This document shows, piece after piece, positions 11,653-26,000 of a stretch of 64,000 nucleotides of DNA. Source of the stretch: Eledone cirrhosa (taxonomy: Eukaryota); contig OZ024741.1 of the NCBI GenBank assembly GCA_964016885.1, forward strand, positions 243,970,001-244,034,000, given 5' to 3'. The first letter of the stretch is position 1. Each line of letters opens with the position of its first letter. A program made the translations under genes and the position numbers. The notes beneath the pieces were generated by a model. The model had not been told where the DNA came from, did not search any database, and saw nothing but the letters and a program-made list of their open reading frames with translations.

Positions 11653-14600
11653 TCACACCACACTCAGCAAATGTGTGTCTGCACATGTACCAGTAATTAC
11701 AGATCGATCCGACAACGGCCGGCCGGCCCACGATCGAAAAGGTAACTCCGCCGGCAAAGTCGCATTTTTGTGATTCGTTTCTTCGAAGCACACCATTCGC
11801 TGGTGGACTTCAGCTTCCTCATTTAGCATGGGCAGCCTTTCTTGAAAATCACACCACACACAGCAAATGTGTCTCTGCACATGTACTAGTAATTACAGAT
11901 CGATCCGACCACGGGCCACCGGCCCACGATCGAAAAGGTAACTCCGGCGGCAAATTCGCATTTTTGTGATTCATTTCTTCGAAGCACACCATTCGCTGGT
12001 GGACTTCAGCTTCCTCATTTAGCATGGGCAGCTTTTCTTGAAAATCACACCACACACAGCCAATGAGTGTCTGCACAGGTACCAGTAATTACAGATCGAT
12101 CCGACCACGGGCGGCCTGCCTACGATCGAAAAGGTAACTCCGCCGGCAAATTCGCATTTTTGTGATTCGTTTCTTCGAAGCACACCATTCGCTGGTGGAC
12201 TTCAGCTTCCTCATTTAGCATGGGCAGCTTTTCTTGAAAATCACACCACACTCAGCAAATGTGTGTCTGCACATGTACCAGTAATTACAGATCGATCCGA
12301 CCACGGACGGCTGGCCCAGGATCGAAAAGGTAACTCCGGCGGCAAATTCGCATTTTTGTGATTCGTTTCTTCGAAGCACACCATTCGCTGGTGGACTTCA
12401 GCTTCCTCATTTAGCATGGGCAGCTTTTCTTGAAAATCACACCACACACAGCAATTGTGTGTCTGCACATGTACCAGTACGTACAGATCGATCCGACCAC
12501 GGGCGGCCGGCCCACATTCGAAAAGGTTACTCCGCCTGCAAATCGTCATTTTTGGATTCGTTTTCTTCGAAGCACACCATTCGCCGGCGGACTTCAGCTG
12601 CCTCATTTAGCATGGGCAGCTTTTCTTGAAAATCACACCACACACAGCAAATGTGTCTCTGCACATGTACTAGTAATTACAGATCGATCCGACCACGGGC
12701 CACCGGCCCACGATCGAAAAGGTAACTCCGGCGGCAAAATCGCATTTTTGTGATTCATTTCTTCGAAGCACACCATTCGCTGGTGGACTTCAGCTTCCTC
12801 ATTTAGCATGGGCAGCTTTTCTTGAAAATCACACCACACACAGCCAATGAGTGTCTGCACAGGTACCAGTAATTACAGATCGATCCGACCACGGGCGGCC
12901 TGCCCACGATCGAAAAGGTAACTCCGCCGGCAAATCCGCATTTTTGTGATTCGTTTCTTCGAAGCACACCATTCGCCGCCGGACTTCAGCTTCCTCATTT
13001 AGCATGGGCAGCTTTTCTTAAAAATCACACCACACTCAGCAAATGAGTGTCTGCACATGTACCAGTAATTACAGATCGATCCGACCACGGGCGGCCTGCC
13101 TACGATCGAAAAGGTAACTCCGCCGGCAAATTCGCATTTTTGTGATTCGTTTCTTCGAAGCACACCATTCGCCGCCGGACTTCAGCTTCCTCATTTAGCA
13201 TGGGCAGCTTTTCTTGAAAATCACACCACACACAGCAAATGTGTGTCTGCACAGGTACGAGTAATTACAGATCGATCCGACCACGGGCGGCCGGCCCACG
13301 ATCGAAAAGGTAACTCCGCCGGCAAATCCGCATTTTTGTGATTCGTTTCTTCGAAGCACACCATTCGCCGCCGGACTTCAGCTTCCTCATTTAGCATGGG
13401 CAGCTTTTCTTGAAAATCACACCACACACAGCAAATGTGTGTCTGCACATTTCCCAGTAATTACAGATCGATCCGACCACGGGCGGCCGGCCCACGATCA
13501 AAAAGGTAACTCCGCCGGCAAATCCGCATTTTTGTGATTCGTTTCTTCGAAGCACACCATTCGCCGCCGGACTTCAGCTTCCTCATTTAGCATGGGCAGC
13601 TTTTCTTGAAAATCACACCACACACAGCAAATGTGTGTCTGCACATGTACCAGTAATTACAGATCGATCCGACAACGGCCGGCCGGCCCACGATCGAAAA
13701 GGTAACTCCGCCGGCAAAGTCGCATTTTTGTGATTCGTTTCTTCGAAGCACACCATTCGCTGGTGGACTTCAGCTTCCTCATTTAGCATGGGCAGCTTTT
13801 CTTGAAAATCACACCACACACAGCAAATGTGTCTCTGCACATGTACTAGTAATTACAGATCGATCCGACCACGGGCCACCGGCCCACGATCGAAAAGGTA
13901 ACTCCGGCGGCAAATTCGCATTTTTGTGATTCATTTCTTCGAAGCACACCATTCGCTGGTGGACTTCAGCTTCCTCATTTAGCATGGGCAGCTTTTCTTG
14001 AAAATCACACCACACACAGCCAATGAGTGTCTGCACAGGTACCAGTAATTACAGATCGATCCGACCACGGGCGGCCTGCCCACGATCGAAAAGGTAACTC
14101 CGCCGGCAAATCCGCATTTTTGTGATTCGTTTCTTCGAAGCACACCATTCGCTGGTGGACTTCAGCTTCCTCATTTAACATGGGCAGCTTTTCTTGAAAA
14201 TCACACCACACTCAGCAAATGTGTGTCTGCACATGTACCAGTAATTACAGATCGATCCGACCACGGACGGCTGGCCCAGGATCGAAAAGGTAACTCCGGC
14301 GGCAAATTCGCATTTTTGTGATTCGTTTCTTCGAAGCACACCATTCGCTGGTGGACTTCAGCTTCCTCATTTAGCATGGGCAGCTTTTCTTGAAAATCAC
14401 ACCACACACAGCAATTGTGTGTCTGCACATGTACCAGTACGTACAGATCGATCCGACCACGGGCGGCCGGCCCACATTCGAAAAGGTTACTCCGCCTGCA
14501 AATCGTCATTTTTGGATTCGTTTTCTTCGAAGCACACCATTCGCCGGCGGACTTCAGCTGCCTCATTTAGCATGGGCAGCTTTTCTTGAAAATCACACCA

Positions 14601-15180
14601 CACACAGCAAATGTGTGTCTGCACAGGTACCAGTAATTACAGATCGATCCGACCACGGACGGCTGGCCCACGATCGAAAAGGTAACTCCGCCGGCAAATC
14701 CTAATTTTTGTGATTCGTTTCTTCGAAGCACACCATTCGCCGCCGGACTTCAGCTTCCTCATTTAGCATGGGCAGCTTTTCTTGAAAATCACACCACACA
14801 CAGCCAATGAGTGACTGCACATGTACCAGTAATTACAGATCGATCCGACAACGGGCGGCCTGCCTACGATCGAAAAGGTAACTCCGCCGGCAAATTCGCA
14901 TTTTTGTGATTCGTTTCTTCGAAGCACACCATTCGCCGCCGGACTTCAGCTTCCTCATTTAGCATGGGCAGCTTTTCTTGAAAATCACACCACTCACAGC
15001 CAATGAGTCTCTGCACAGGTACCACTAATTACAGATCGATACGACCAGGGGCGGCCTGCCCACGATCGAAAAGGTAACTCCGCCGGCAAATCCGCATTTT
15101 TGTGATTCGTTTCTTCGAAGCACACCATTCGCCGCCGGACTTCAGCTTCCTCATTTAGCAGGGGCAGCTTTTCTTAAAAA

Positions 15181-16944
15181 TCACACCACACTCAGCAAAT
15201 GTGTGTCTGCACATGTACCAGTAATTACAGATCGATCCGACAACGGCCGGCCGGCCCACGATCGAAAAGGTAACTCCGCCGGCAAAGTCGCATTTTTGTG
15301 ATTCGTTTCTTCGAAGCACACCATTCGCTGGTGGACTTCAGCTTCCTCATTTAGCATGGGCAGCCTTTCTTGAAAATCACACCACACACAGCAAATGTGT
15401 CTCTGCACATGTACTAGTAATTACAGATCGATCCGACCACGGGCCACCGGCCCACGATCGAAAAGGTAACTCCGGCGGCAAATTCGCATTTTTGTGATTC
15501 ATTTCTTCGAAGCACACCATTCGCTGGTGGACTTCAGCTTCCTCATTTAGCATGGGCAGCTTTTCTTGAAAATCACACCACACACAGCCAATGAGTGTCT
15601 GCACAGGTACCAGTAATTACAGATCGATCCGACCACGGGCGGCCTGCCCACGATCGAAAAGGTAACTCCGCCGGCAAATCCGCATTTTTGTGATTCGTTT
15701 CTTCGAAGCACACCATTCGCTGGTGGACTTCAGCTTCCTCATTTAACATGGGCAGCTTTTCTTGAAAATCACACCACACTCAGCAAATGTGTGTCTGCAC
15801 ATGTACCAGTAATTACAGATCGATCCGACCACGGACGGCTGGCCCAGGATCGAAAAGGTAACTCCGGCGGCAAATTCGCATTTTTGTGATTCGTTTCTTC
15901 GAAGCACACCATTCGCTGGTGGACTTCAGCTTCCTCATTTAGCATGGGCAGCTTTTCTTGAAAATCACACCACACACAGCAATTGTGTGTTTGCACATGT
16001 ACCAGTACGTACAGATCGATCCGACCACGGGCGGCCGGCCCACATTCGAAAAGGTTACTCCGCCTGCAAATCGTCATTTTTGGATTCGTTTTCTTCGAAG
16101 CACACCATTCGCCGGCGGACTTCAGCTGCCTCATTTAGCATGGGCAGCTTTTCTTGAAAATCACACCACACACAGCAAATGTGTCTCTGCACATGTACTA
16201 GTAATTACAGATCGATCCGACCACGGGCCACCGGCCCACGATCGAAAAGGTAACTCCGGCGGCAAATTCGCATTTTTGTGATTCATTTCTTCGAAGCACA
16301 CCATTCGCTGGTGGACTTCAGCTTCCTCATTTAGCATGGGCAGCTTTTCTTGAAAATCACACCACACACAGCAAATGTGTGTCTGCACAGGTACCAGTAA
16401 TTACAGATCGATCCGACCACGGACGGCTGGCCCACGATCGAAAAGGTAACTCCGCCGGCAAATCCTAATTTTTGTGATTCGTTTCTTCGAAGCACACCAT
16501 TCGCCGCCGGACTTCAGCTTCCTCATTTAGCATGGGCAGCTTTTCTTGAAAATCACACCACACACAGCCAATGAGTGACTGCACATGTACCAGTAATTAC
16601 AGATCGATCCGACAACGGGCGGCCTGCCTACGATCGAAAAGGTAACTCCGCCGGCAAATTCGCATTTTTGTGATTCGTTTCTTCGAAGCACACCATTCGC
16701 CGCCGGACTTCAGCTTCCTCATTTAGCATGGGCAGCTTTTCTTGAAAATCACACCACTCACAGCCAATGAGTCTCTGCACAGGTACCACTAATTACAGAT
16801 CGATACGACCAGGGGCGGCCTGCCCACGATCGAAAAGGTAACTCCGCCGGCAAATCCGCATTTTTGTGATTCGTTTCTTCGAAGCACACCATTCGCCGCC
16901 GGACTTCAGCTTCCTCATTTAGCAGGGGCAGCTTTTCTTAAAAA
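15181..16944 (+). repeat. Full 9-mer HOR copy
   Basis: Same monomer order. The ORF pattern is identical to that of 1853-3616. Confidence 0.92.
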
Positions 16945-17728
16945 TCACACCACACTCAGCAAATGTGTGTCTGCACATGTACCAGTAATTACAGATCGAT
17001 CCGACCACGGGCGGCCTGCCCACGATCGAAAAGGTAACTCCGCCGGCAAATTCGCATTTTTGTGATTCGTTTCTTCGAAGCACACCATTCGCTGGTGGAC
17101 TTCAGCTTCCTCATTTAACATGGGCAGCTTTTCTTGAAAATCACACCACACTCAGCAAATGTGTGTCTGCACATGTACCAGTAATTACAGATCGATCCGC
17201 CCACGGGCGGCCGGCCCACGATCGAAAATGTAACTCCGCCGGCAAATTCGCATTTTTGTGATTCGTTTCTTCGAAGCACACCATTCGCTGGTGGACTTCA
17301 GCTTCCTCATTTAGCATGGGCAGCTTTTCTTGAAAATCACACCACACTCAGCAAATGTGTGTCTGCACATGTACCAGTAATTACAGATCGATACGACCAC
17401 GGGCGGCCTGCCCACGATCGAAAAGGTAACTCCGCCGGCAAATCCGCATTTTTGTGATTCGTTTCTTCGAAGCACACCATTCGCCGCCGGACTTCAGCTT
17501 CCTCATTTAGCATGGGCAGCTTTTCTTGAAAATCACACCACACACAGCAAATGTGTCTCTGCACATGTACTAGTAATTACAGATCGATCCGACCACGGGC
17601 CACCGGCCCACGATCGAAAAGGTAACTCCGGCGGCAAAATCGCATTTTTGTGATTCATTTCTTCGAAGCACACCATTCGCTGGTGGACTTCAGCTTCCTC
17701 ATTTAGCATGGGCAGCTTTTCTTGAAAA

Positions 17729-19492
17729 TCACACCACACACAGCCAATGAGTGTCTGCACAGGTACCAGTAATTACAGATCGATCCGACCACGGGCGGCC
17801 TGCCCACGATCGAAAAGGTAACTCCGCCGGCAAATCCGCATTTTTGTGATTCGTTTCTTCGAAGCACACCATTTGCTGGTGGACTTCAGCTTCCTCATTT
17901 AGCGTGGGCAGCTTTTCTTGAAAATCACACCACTCACAGACAATGAGTCTCTGCACATGTACCACTAATTACAGATCGATACGACCAAGGGCGGCCTGCC
18001 CACCATCGAAAAGGTAACTCCGCCGGCAAATCCGCATTTTTGTGATTCGTTTCTTCGAAGCACACCATTCGCCGCCGGACTTCAGCTTCCTCATTTAGCA
18101 TGGGCAGCTTTTCTTAAAAATCACACCACACTCAGCAAATGAGTGTCTGCACATGTACCAGTAATTACAGATCGATCCGACCACGGGCGGCCTGCCTACG
18201 ATCGAAAAGGTAACTCCGCCGGCAAATTCGCATTTTTGTGATTCGTTTCTTCGAAGCACACCATTCGCCGCCGGACTTCAGCTTCCTCATTTAGCATGGG
18301 CAGCTTTTCTTGAAAATCACACCACACACAGCAAATGTGTGTCTGCACAGGTACGAGTAATTACAGATCGATCCGACCACGGGCGGCCGGCCCACGATCG
18401 AAAAGGTAACTCCGCCGGCAAATCCGCATTTTTGTGATTCGTTTCTTCGAAGCACACCATTCGCCGCCGGACTTCAGCTTCCTCATTTAGCATGGGCAGC
18501 TTTTCTTGAAAATCACACCACACACAGCAAATGTGTGTCTGCACATGTACCAGTAATTACAGATCGATCCGACAACGGCCGGCCGGCCCACGATCGAAAA
18601 GGTAACTCCGCCGGCAAAGTCGCATTTTTGTGATTCGTTTCTTCGAAGCACACCATTCGCTGGTGGACTTCAGCTTCCTCATTTAGCATGGGCAGCTTTT
18701 CTTGAAAATCACACCACACACAGCCAATGAGTGTCTGCACAGGTACCAGTAATTACAGATCGATCCGACCACGGGCGGCCTGCCCACGATCGAAAAGGTA
18801 ACTCCGCCGGCAAATCCGCATTTTTGTGATTCGTTTCTTCGAAGCACACCATTTGCTGGTGGACTTCAGCTTCCTCATTTAGCGTGGGCAGCTTTTCTTG
18901 AAAATCACACCACTCACAGACAATGAGTCTCTGCACATGTACCACTAATTACAGATCGATACGACCAAGGGCGGCCTGCCCACCATCGAAAAGGTAACTC
19001 CGCCGGCAAATCCGCATTTTTGTGATTCGTTTCTTCGAAGCACACCATTCGCCGCCGGACTTCAGCTTCCTCATTTAGCATGGGCAGCTTTTCTTAAAAA
19101 TCACACCACACTCAGCAAATGAGTGTCTGCACATGTACCAGTAATTACAGATCGATCCGACCACGGGCGGCCTGCCTACGATCGAAAAGGTAACTCCGCC
19201 GGCAAATTCGCATTTTTGTGATTCGTTTCTTCGAAGCACACCATTCGCCGCCGGACTTCAGCTTCCTCATTTAGCATGGGCAGCTTTTCTTGAAAATCAC
19301 ACCACACACAGCAAATGTGTGTCTGCACAGGTACGAGTAATTACAGATCGATCCGACCACGGGCGGCCGGCCCACGATCGAAAAGGTAACTCCGCCGGCA
19401 AATCCGCATTTTTGTGATTCGTTTCTTCGAAGCACACCATTCGCCGCCGGACTTCAGCTTCCTCATTTAGCATGGGCAGCTTTTCTTGAAAA
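17729..19492 (+). repeat. Local 5-monomer-period (980 bp) duplication
   Basis: The CCATTTGC/AGCGTGG monomer is at 17729 and 18709, the GACAATGAG/CCACCATCG monomer at 17925 and 18905, and the GTACGAG monomer at 18317 and 19297. Confidence 0.88.
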
Positions 19493-21256
19493 TCACACCA
19501 CACACAGCAAATGTGTGTCTGCACATTTCCCAGTAATTACAGATCGATCCGACCACGGGCGGCCGGCCCACGATCAAAAAGGTAACTCCGCCGGCAAATC
19601 CGCATTTTTGTGATTCGTTTCTTCGAAGCACACCATTCGCCGCCGGACTTCAGCTTCCTCATTTAGCATGGGCAGCTTTTCTTGAAAATCACACCACACA
19701 CAGCAAATGTGTGTCTGCACATGTACCAGTAATTACAGATCGATCCGACAACGGCCGGCCGGCCCACGATCGAAAAGGTAACTCCGCCGGCAAAGTCGCA
19801 TTTTTGTGATTCGTTTCTTCGAAGCACACCATTCGCTGGTGGACTTCAGCTTCCTCATTTAGCATGGGCAGCTTTTCTTGAAAATCACACCACACACAGC
19901 AAATGTGTCTCTGCACATGTACTAGTAATTACAGATCGATCCGACCACGGGCCACCGGCCCACGATCGAAAAGGTAACTCCGGCGGCAAATTCGCATTTT
20001 TGTGATTCATTTCTTCGAAGCACACCATTCGCTGGTGGACTTCAGCTTCCTCATTTAGCATGGGCAGCTTTTCTTGAAAATCACACCACACACAGCCAAT
20101 GAGTGTCTGCACAGGTACCAGTAATTACAGATCGATCCGACCACGGGCGGCCTGCCCACGATCGAAAAGGTAACTCCGCCGGCAAATCCGCATTTTTGTG
20201 ATTCGTTTCTTCGAAGCACACCATTCGCTGGTGGACTTCAGCTTCCTCATTTAACATGGGCAGCTTTTCTTGAAAATCACACCACACTCAGCAAATGTGT
20301 GTCTGCACATGTACCAGTAATTACAGATCGATTCGACCACGGACGGCTGGCCCAGGATCGAAAAGGTAACTCCGGCGGCAAATTCGCATTTTTGTGATTC
20401 GTTTCTTCGAAGCACACCATTCGCTGGTGGACTTCAGCTTCCTCATTTAGCATGGGCAGCTTTTCTTGAAAATCACACCACCCACAGCAATTGTGTGTCT
20501 GCACATGTACCAGTACGTACAGATCGATCCGACCACGGGCGGCCGGCCCACATTCGAAAAGGTTACTCCGCCTGCAAATCGTCATTTTTGGATTCGTTTT
20601 CTTCGAAGCACACCATTCGCCGGCGGACTTCAGCTGCCTCATTTAGCATGGGCAGCTTTTCTTGAAAATCACACCACACACAGCAAATGTGTCTCTGCAC
20701 ATGTACTAGTAATTACAGATCGATCCGACCACGGGCCACCGGCCCACGATCGAAAAGGTAACTCCGGCGGCAAATTCGCATTTTTGTGATTCATTTCTTC
20801 GAAGCACACCATTCGCTGGTGGACTTCAGCTTCCTCATTTAGCATGGGCAGCTTTTCTTGAAAATCACACCACACACAGCAAATGTGTGTCTGCACAGGT
20901 ACCAGTAATTACAGATCGATACGACCACGGACGGCTGGCCCACGATCGAAAAGGTAACTCCGCCGGCAAATCCTAATTTTTGTGATTCGTTTCTTCGAAG
21001 CACACCATTCGCCGCCGGACTTCAGCTTCCTCATTTAGCATGGGCAGCTTTTCTTGAAAATCACACCACACACAGCCAATGAGTGACTGCACATGTACCA
21101 GTAATTACAGATCGATCCGACAACGGGCGGCCTGCCTACGATCGAAAAGGTAACTCCGCCGGCAAATTCGCATTTTTGTGATTCGTTTCTTCGAAGCACA
21201 CCATTCGCCGCCGGACTTCAGCTTCCTCATTTAGCAGGGGCAGCTTTTCTTAAAAA

Positions 21257-23020
21257 TCACACCACACTCAGCAAATGTGTGTCTGCACATGTACCAGTAA
21301 TTACAGATCGATCCGACAACGGCCGGCCGGCCCACGATCGAAAAGGTAACTCCGCCGGCAAAGTCGCATTTTTGTGATTCGTTTCTTCGAAGCACACCAT
21401 TCGCTGGTGGACTTCAGCTTCCTCATTTAGCATGGGCAGCTTTTCTTGAAAATCACACCACACACAGCAAATGTGTCTCTGCACATGTACTAGTAATTAC
21501 AGATCGATCCGACCACGGGCCACCGGCCCACGATCGAAAAGGTAACTCCGGCGGCAAATTCGCATTTTTGTGATTCATTTCTTCGAAGCACACCATTCGC
21601 TGGTGGACTTCAGCTTCCTCATTTAGCATGGGCAGCTTTTCTTGAAAATCACACCACACACAGCCAATGAGTGTCTGCACAGGTACCAGTAATTACAGAT
21701 CGATCCGACCACGGGCGGCCTGCCCACGATCGAAAAGGTAACTCCGCCGGCAAATCCGCATTTTTGTGATTCGTTTCTTCGAAGCACACCATTCGCTGGT
21801 GGACTTCAGCTTCCTCATTTAACATGGGCAGCTTTTCTTGAAAATCACACCACACTCAGCAAATGGTGGTCTGCACATGTACCAGTAATTACAGATCGAT
21901 CCGACCACGGACGGCTGGCCCAGGATCGAAAAGGTAACTCCGGCGGCAAATTCGCATTTTTGTGATTCGTTTCTTCGAAGCACACCATTCGCTGGTGGAC
22001 TTCAGCTTCCTCATTTAGCATGGGCAGCTTTTCTTGAAAATCACACCACACACAGCAATTGTGTGTCTGCACATGTACCAGTACGTACAGATCGATCCGA
22101 CCACGGGCGGCCGGCCCACATTCGAAAAGGTTACTCCGCCTGCAAATCGTCATTTTTGGATTCGTTTTCTTCGAAGCACACCATTCGCCGGCGGACTTCA
22201 GCTGCCTCATTTAGCATGGGCAGCTTTTCTTGAAAATCACACCACACACAGCAAATGTGTCTCTGCACATGTACTAGTAATTACAGATCGATCCGACCAC
22301 GGGCCACCGGCCCACGATCGAAAAGGTAACTCCGGCGGCAAATTCGCATTTTTGTGATTCATTTCTTCGAAGCACACCATTCGCTGGTGGACTTCAGCTT
22401 CCTCATTTAGCATGGGCAGCTTTTCTTGAAAATCACACCACACACAGCAAATGTGTGTCTGCACAGGTACCAGTAATTACAGATCGATCCGACCACGGAC
22501 GGCTGGCCCACGATCGAAAAGGTAACTCCGCCGGCAAATCCTAATTTTTGTGATTCGTTTCTTCGAAGCACACCATTCGCCGCCGGACTTCAGCTTCCTC
22601 ATTTAGCATGGGCAGCTTTTCTTGAAAATCACACCACACACAGCCAATGAGTGACTGCACATGTACCAGTAATTACAGATCGATCCGACAACGGGCGGCC
22701 TGCCTACGATCGAAAAGGTAACTCCGCCGGCAAATTCGCATTTTTGTGATTCGTTTCTTCGAAGCACACCATTCGCCGCCGGACTTCAGCTTCCTCATTT
22801 AGCATGGGCAGCTTTTCTTGAAAATCACACCACTCACAGCCAATGAGTCTCTGCACAGGTACCACTAATTACAGATCGATACGACCAGGGGCCGCCTGCC
22901 CACGATCGAAAAGGTAACTCCGCCGGCAAATCCGCATTTTTGTGATTCGTTTCTTCGAAGCACACCATTCGCCGCCGGACTTCAGCTTCCTCATTTAGCA
23001 GGGGCAGCTTTTCTTAAAAA
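21257..23020 (+). repeat. Full 9-mer HOR copy (last complete one in the window)
   Basis: Order A-B-C-D-E-B-F-G-H. Its D monomer carries the AAATGGTGGT variant. Confidence 0.9.
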
Positions 23021-26000
23021 TCACACCACACTCAGCAAATGTGTGTCTGCACATGTACCAGTAATTACAGATCGATCCGACCACGGGCGGCCTGCCCACG
23101 ATCGAAAAGGTAACTCCGCCGGCAAATTCGCATTTTTGTGATTCGTTTCTTCGAAGCACACCATTCGCTGGTGGACTTCAGCTTCCTCATTTAACATGGG
23201 CAGCTTTTCTTGAAAATCACACCACACTCAGCAAATGTGTGTCTGCACATGTACCAGTAATTACAGATCGATCCGCCCACGGGCGGCCGGCCCACGATCG
23301 AAAATGTAACTCCGCCGGCAAATTCGCATTTTTGTGATTCGTTTCTTCGAAGCACACCATTCGCTGGTGGACTTCAGCTTCCTCATTTAGCATGGGCAGC
23401 TTTTCTTGAAAATCACACCACACTCAGCAAATGTGTGTCTGCACATGTACCAGTAATTACAGATCGATCCGCCCACGGGCGGCCGGCCCACGATCGAAAA
23501 GGTAACTCCGCCGGCAAATCCGCATTTTTGTGATTCGTTTCTTCGAAGCACACCATTCGCCGCCGGACTTCAGCTTCCTCATTTAGCATGGGCAGCTTTT
23601 CTTGAAAATCACACCACACACAGCAAATGTGTCTCTGCACATGTACTAGTAATTACAGATCGATCCGACCACGGGCGGCCTGCCCACGATCGAAAAGGTA
23701 ACTCCGGCGGCAAAATCGCATTTTTGTGATTCATTTCTTCGAAGCACACCATTCGCTGGTGGACTTCAGCTTCCTCATTTAACATGGGCAGCTTTTCTTG
23801 AAAATCACACCACACACAGCCAATGAGTGTCTGCACAGGTACCAGTAATTACAGATCGATCCGACCACGGGCGGCCTGCCCACGATCGAAAAGGTAACTC
23901 CGCCGGCAAATCCGCATTTTTGTGATTCGTTTCTTCGAAGCACACCATTTGCTGGTGGACTTCAGCTTCCTCATTTAGCGTGGGCAGCTTTTCTTGAAAA
24001 TCACACCACTCACAGACAATGAGTCTCTGCACATGTACCACTAATTACAGATCGATACGACCAAGGGCGGCCTGCCCACCATCGAAAAGGTAACTCCGCC
24101 GGCAAATCCGCATTTTTGTGATTCGTTTCTTCGAAGCACACCATTCGCCGCCGGACTTCAGCTTCCTCATTTAGCATGGGCAGCTTTTCTTGAAAATCAC
24201 ACCACTCACAGACTATGAGTGTCTGCACATGTACCACTAATTACAGATGGATACGACCACGGGCGGCCTGCCCACGATCGAAAAGGTAACTCCGCCGGCA
24301 AATCCGCATTTTTGTGATTCGTTTCTTCGAAGCACACCATTCGCCGCCGGACTTCAGCTTCCTCATTTAGCATGGGCAGCTTTTCTTAAAAATCACACCA
24401 CACTCAGCAAATGTGTGTCTGCACATGTACCAGTAATTACAGATCGATCCGACCACGGGCGGCCGGCCCACGTTCGAAAAGGTAACTCCGCCGGCAAATT
24501 CGCATTTTTGTGATTCGTTTCTTCGAAGCACACCATTCGCCGCCGGACTTCAGCTTCCTCATTTAGCATGGGCAGCTTTTCTTGAAAATCACACCACACA
24601 CAGCAAATCTCTGTCTGCACATGTACCAGTAATTACAGATCGATCCGACCACGGGCGGCCGGCCCACATTCGAAAAGGTTACTCCGCCTGCAAATCGTCA
24701 TTTTCGGATTCGTTTTCTTCGAAGCACACCATTCGCCGGCGGACTTCAGCTGCCTCATTTAGCATGGGCAGCTTTTCTTGAAAATCACACCACACACAGC
24801 AAATGTGTCTCTGCACATGTACTAGTAATTACAGATCGATCCGACCACGGGCCACCGGCCCACGATCGAAAAGGTAACTCCGGCGGCAAATTCGCATTTT
24901 TGTGATTCATTTCTTCGAAGCACACCATTCGCTGGTGGACTTCAGCTTCCTCATTTAGCATGGGCAGCTTTTCTTGAAAATCACACCACACACAGCCAAT
25001 GAGTGTCTGCACAGGTACCAGTAATTACAGATCGATCCGACCACGGGCGGCCTGCCCACGATCGAAAAGGTAACTCCGCCGGCAAATCCGCATTTTTGTG
25101 ATTCGTTTCTTCGAAGCACACCATTCGCTGGTGGACTTCAGCTTCCTCATTTAACATGGGCAGCTTTTCTTGAAAATCACACCACACTCAGCAAATGGTG
25201 GTCTGCACATGTACCAGTAATTACAGATCGATCCGACCACGGACGGCTGGCCCAGGATCGAAAAGGTAACTCCGGCGGCAAATTCGCATTTTTGTGATTC
25301 GTTTCTTCGAAGCACACCATTCGCTGGTGGACTTCAGCTTCCTCATTTAGCATGGGCAGCTTTTCTTGAAAATCACACCACACACAGCAATTGTGTGTCT
25401 GCACATGTACCAGTACGTACAGATCGATCCGACCACGGGCGGCCGGCCCACATTCGAAAAGGTTACTCCGCCTGCAAATCGTCATTTTTGGATTCGTTTT
25501 CTTCGAAGCACACCATTCGCCGGCGGACTTCAGCTGCCTCATTTAGCATGGGCAGCTTTTCTTGAAAATCACACCACACACAGCAAATGTGTGTCTGCAC
25601 AGGTACCAGTAATTACAGATCGATCCGACCACGGACGGCTGGCCCACGATCGAAAAGGTAACTCCGCCGGCAAATCCTAATTTTTGTGATTCGTTTCTTC
25701 GAAGCACACCATTCGCCGCCGGACTTCAGCTTCCTCATTTAGCATGGGCAGCTTTTCTTGAAAATCACACCACACACAGCCAATGAGTGACTGCACATGT
25801 ACCAGTAATTACAGATCGATCCGACAACGGGCGGCCTGCCTACGATCGAAAAGGTAACTCCGCCGGCAAATTCGCATTTTTGTGATTCGTTTCTTCGAAG
25901 CACACCATTCGCCGCCGGACTTCAGCTTCCTCATTTAGCATGGGCAGCTTTTCTTGAAAATCACACCACTCACAGCCAATGAGTCTCTGCACAGGTACCA

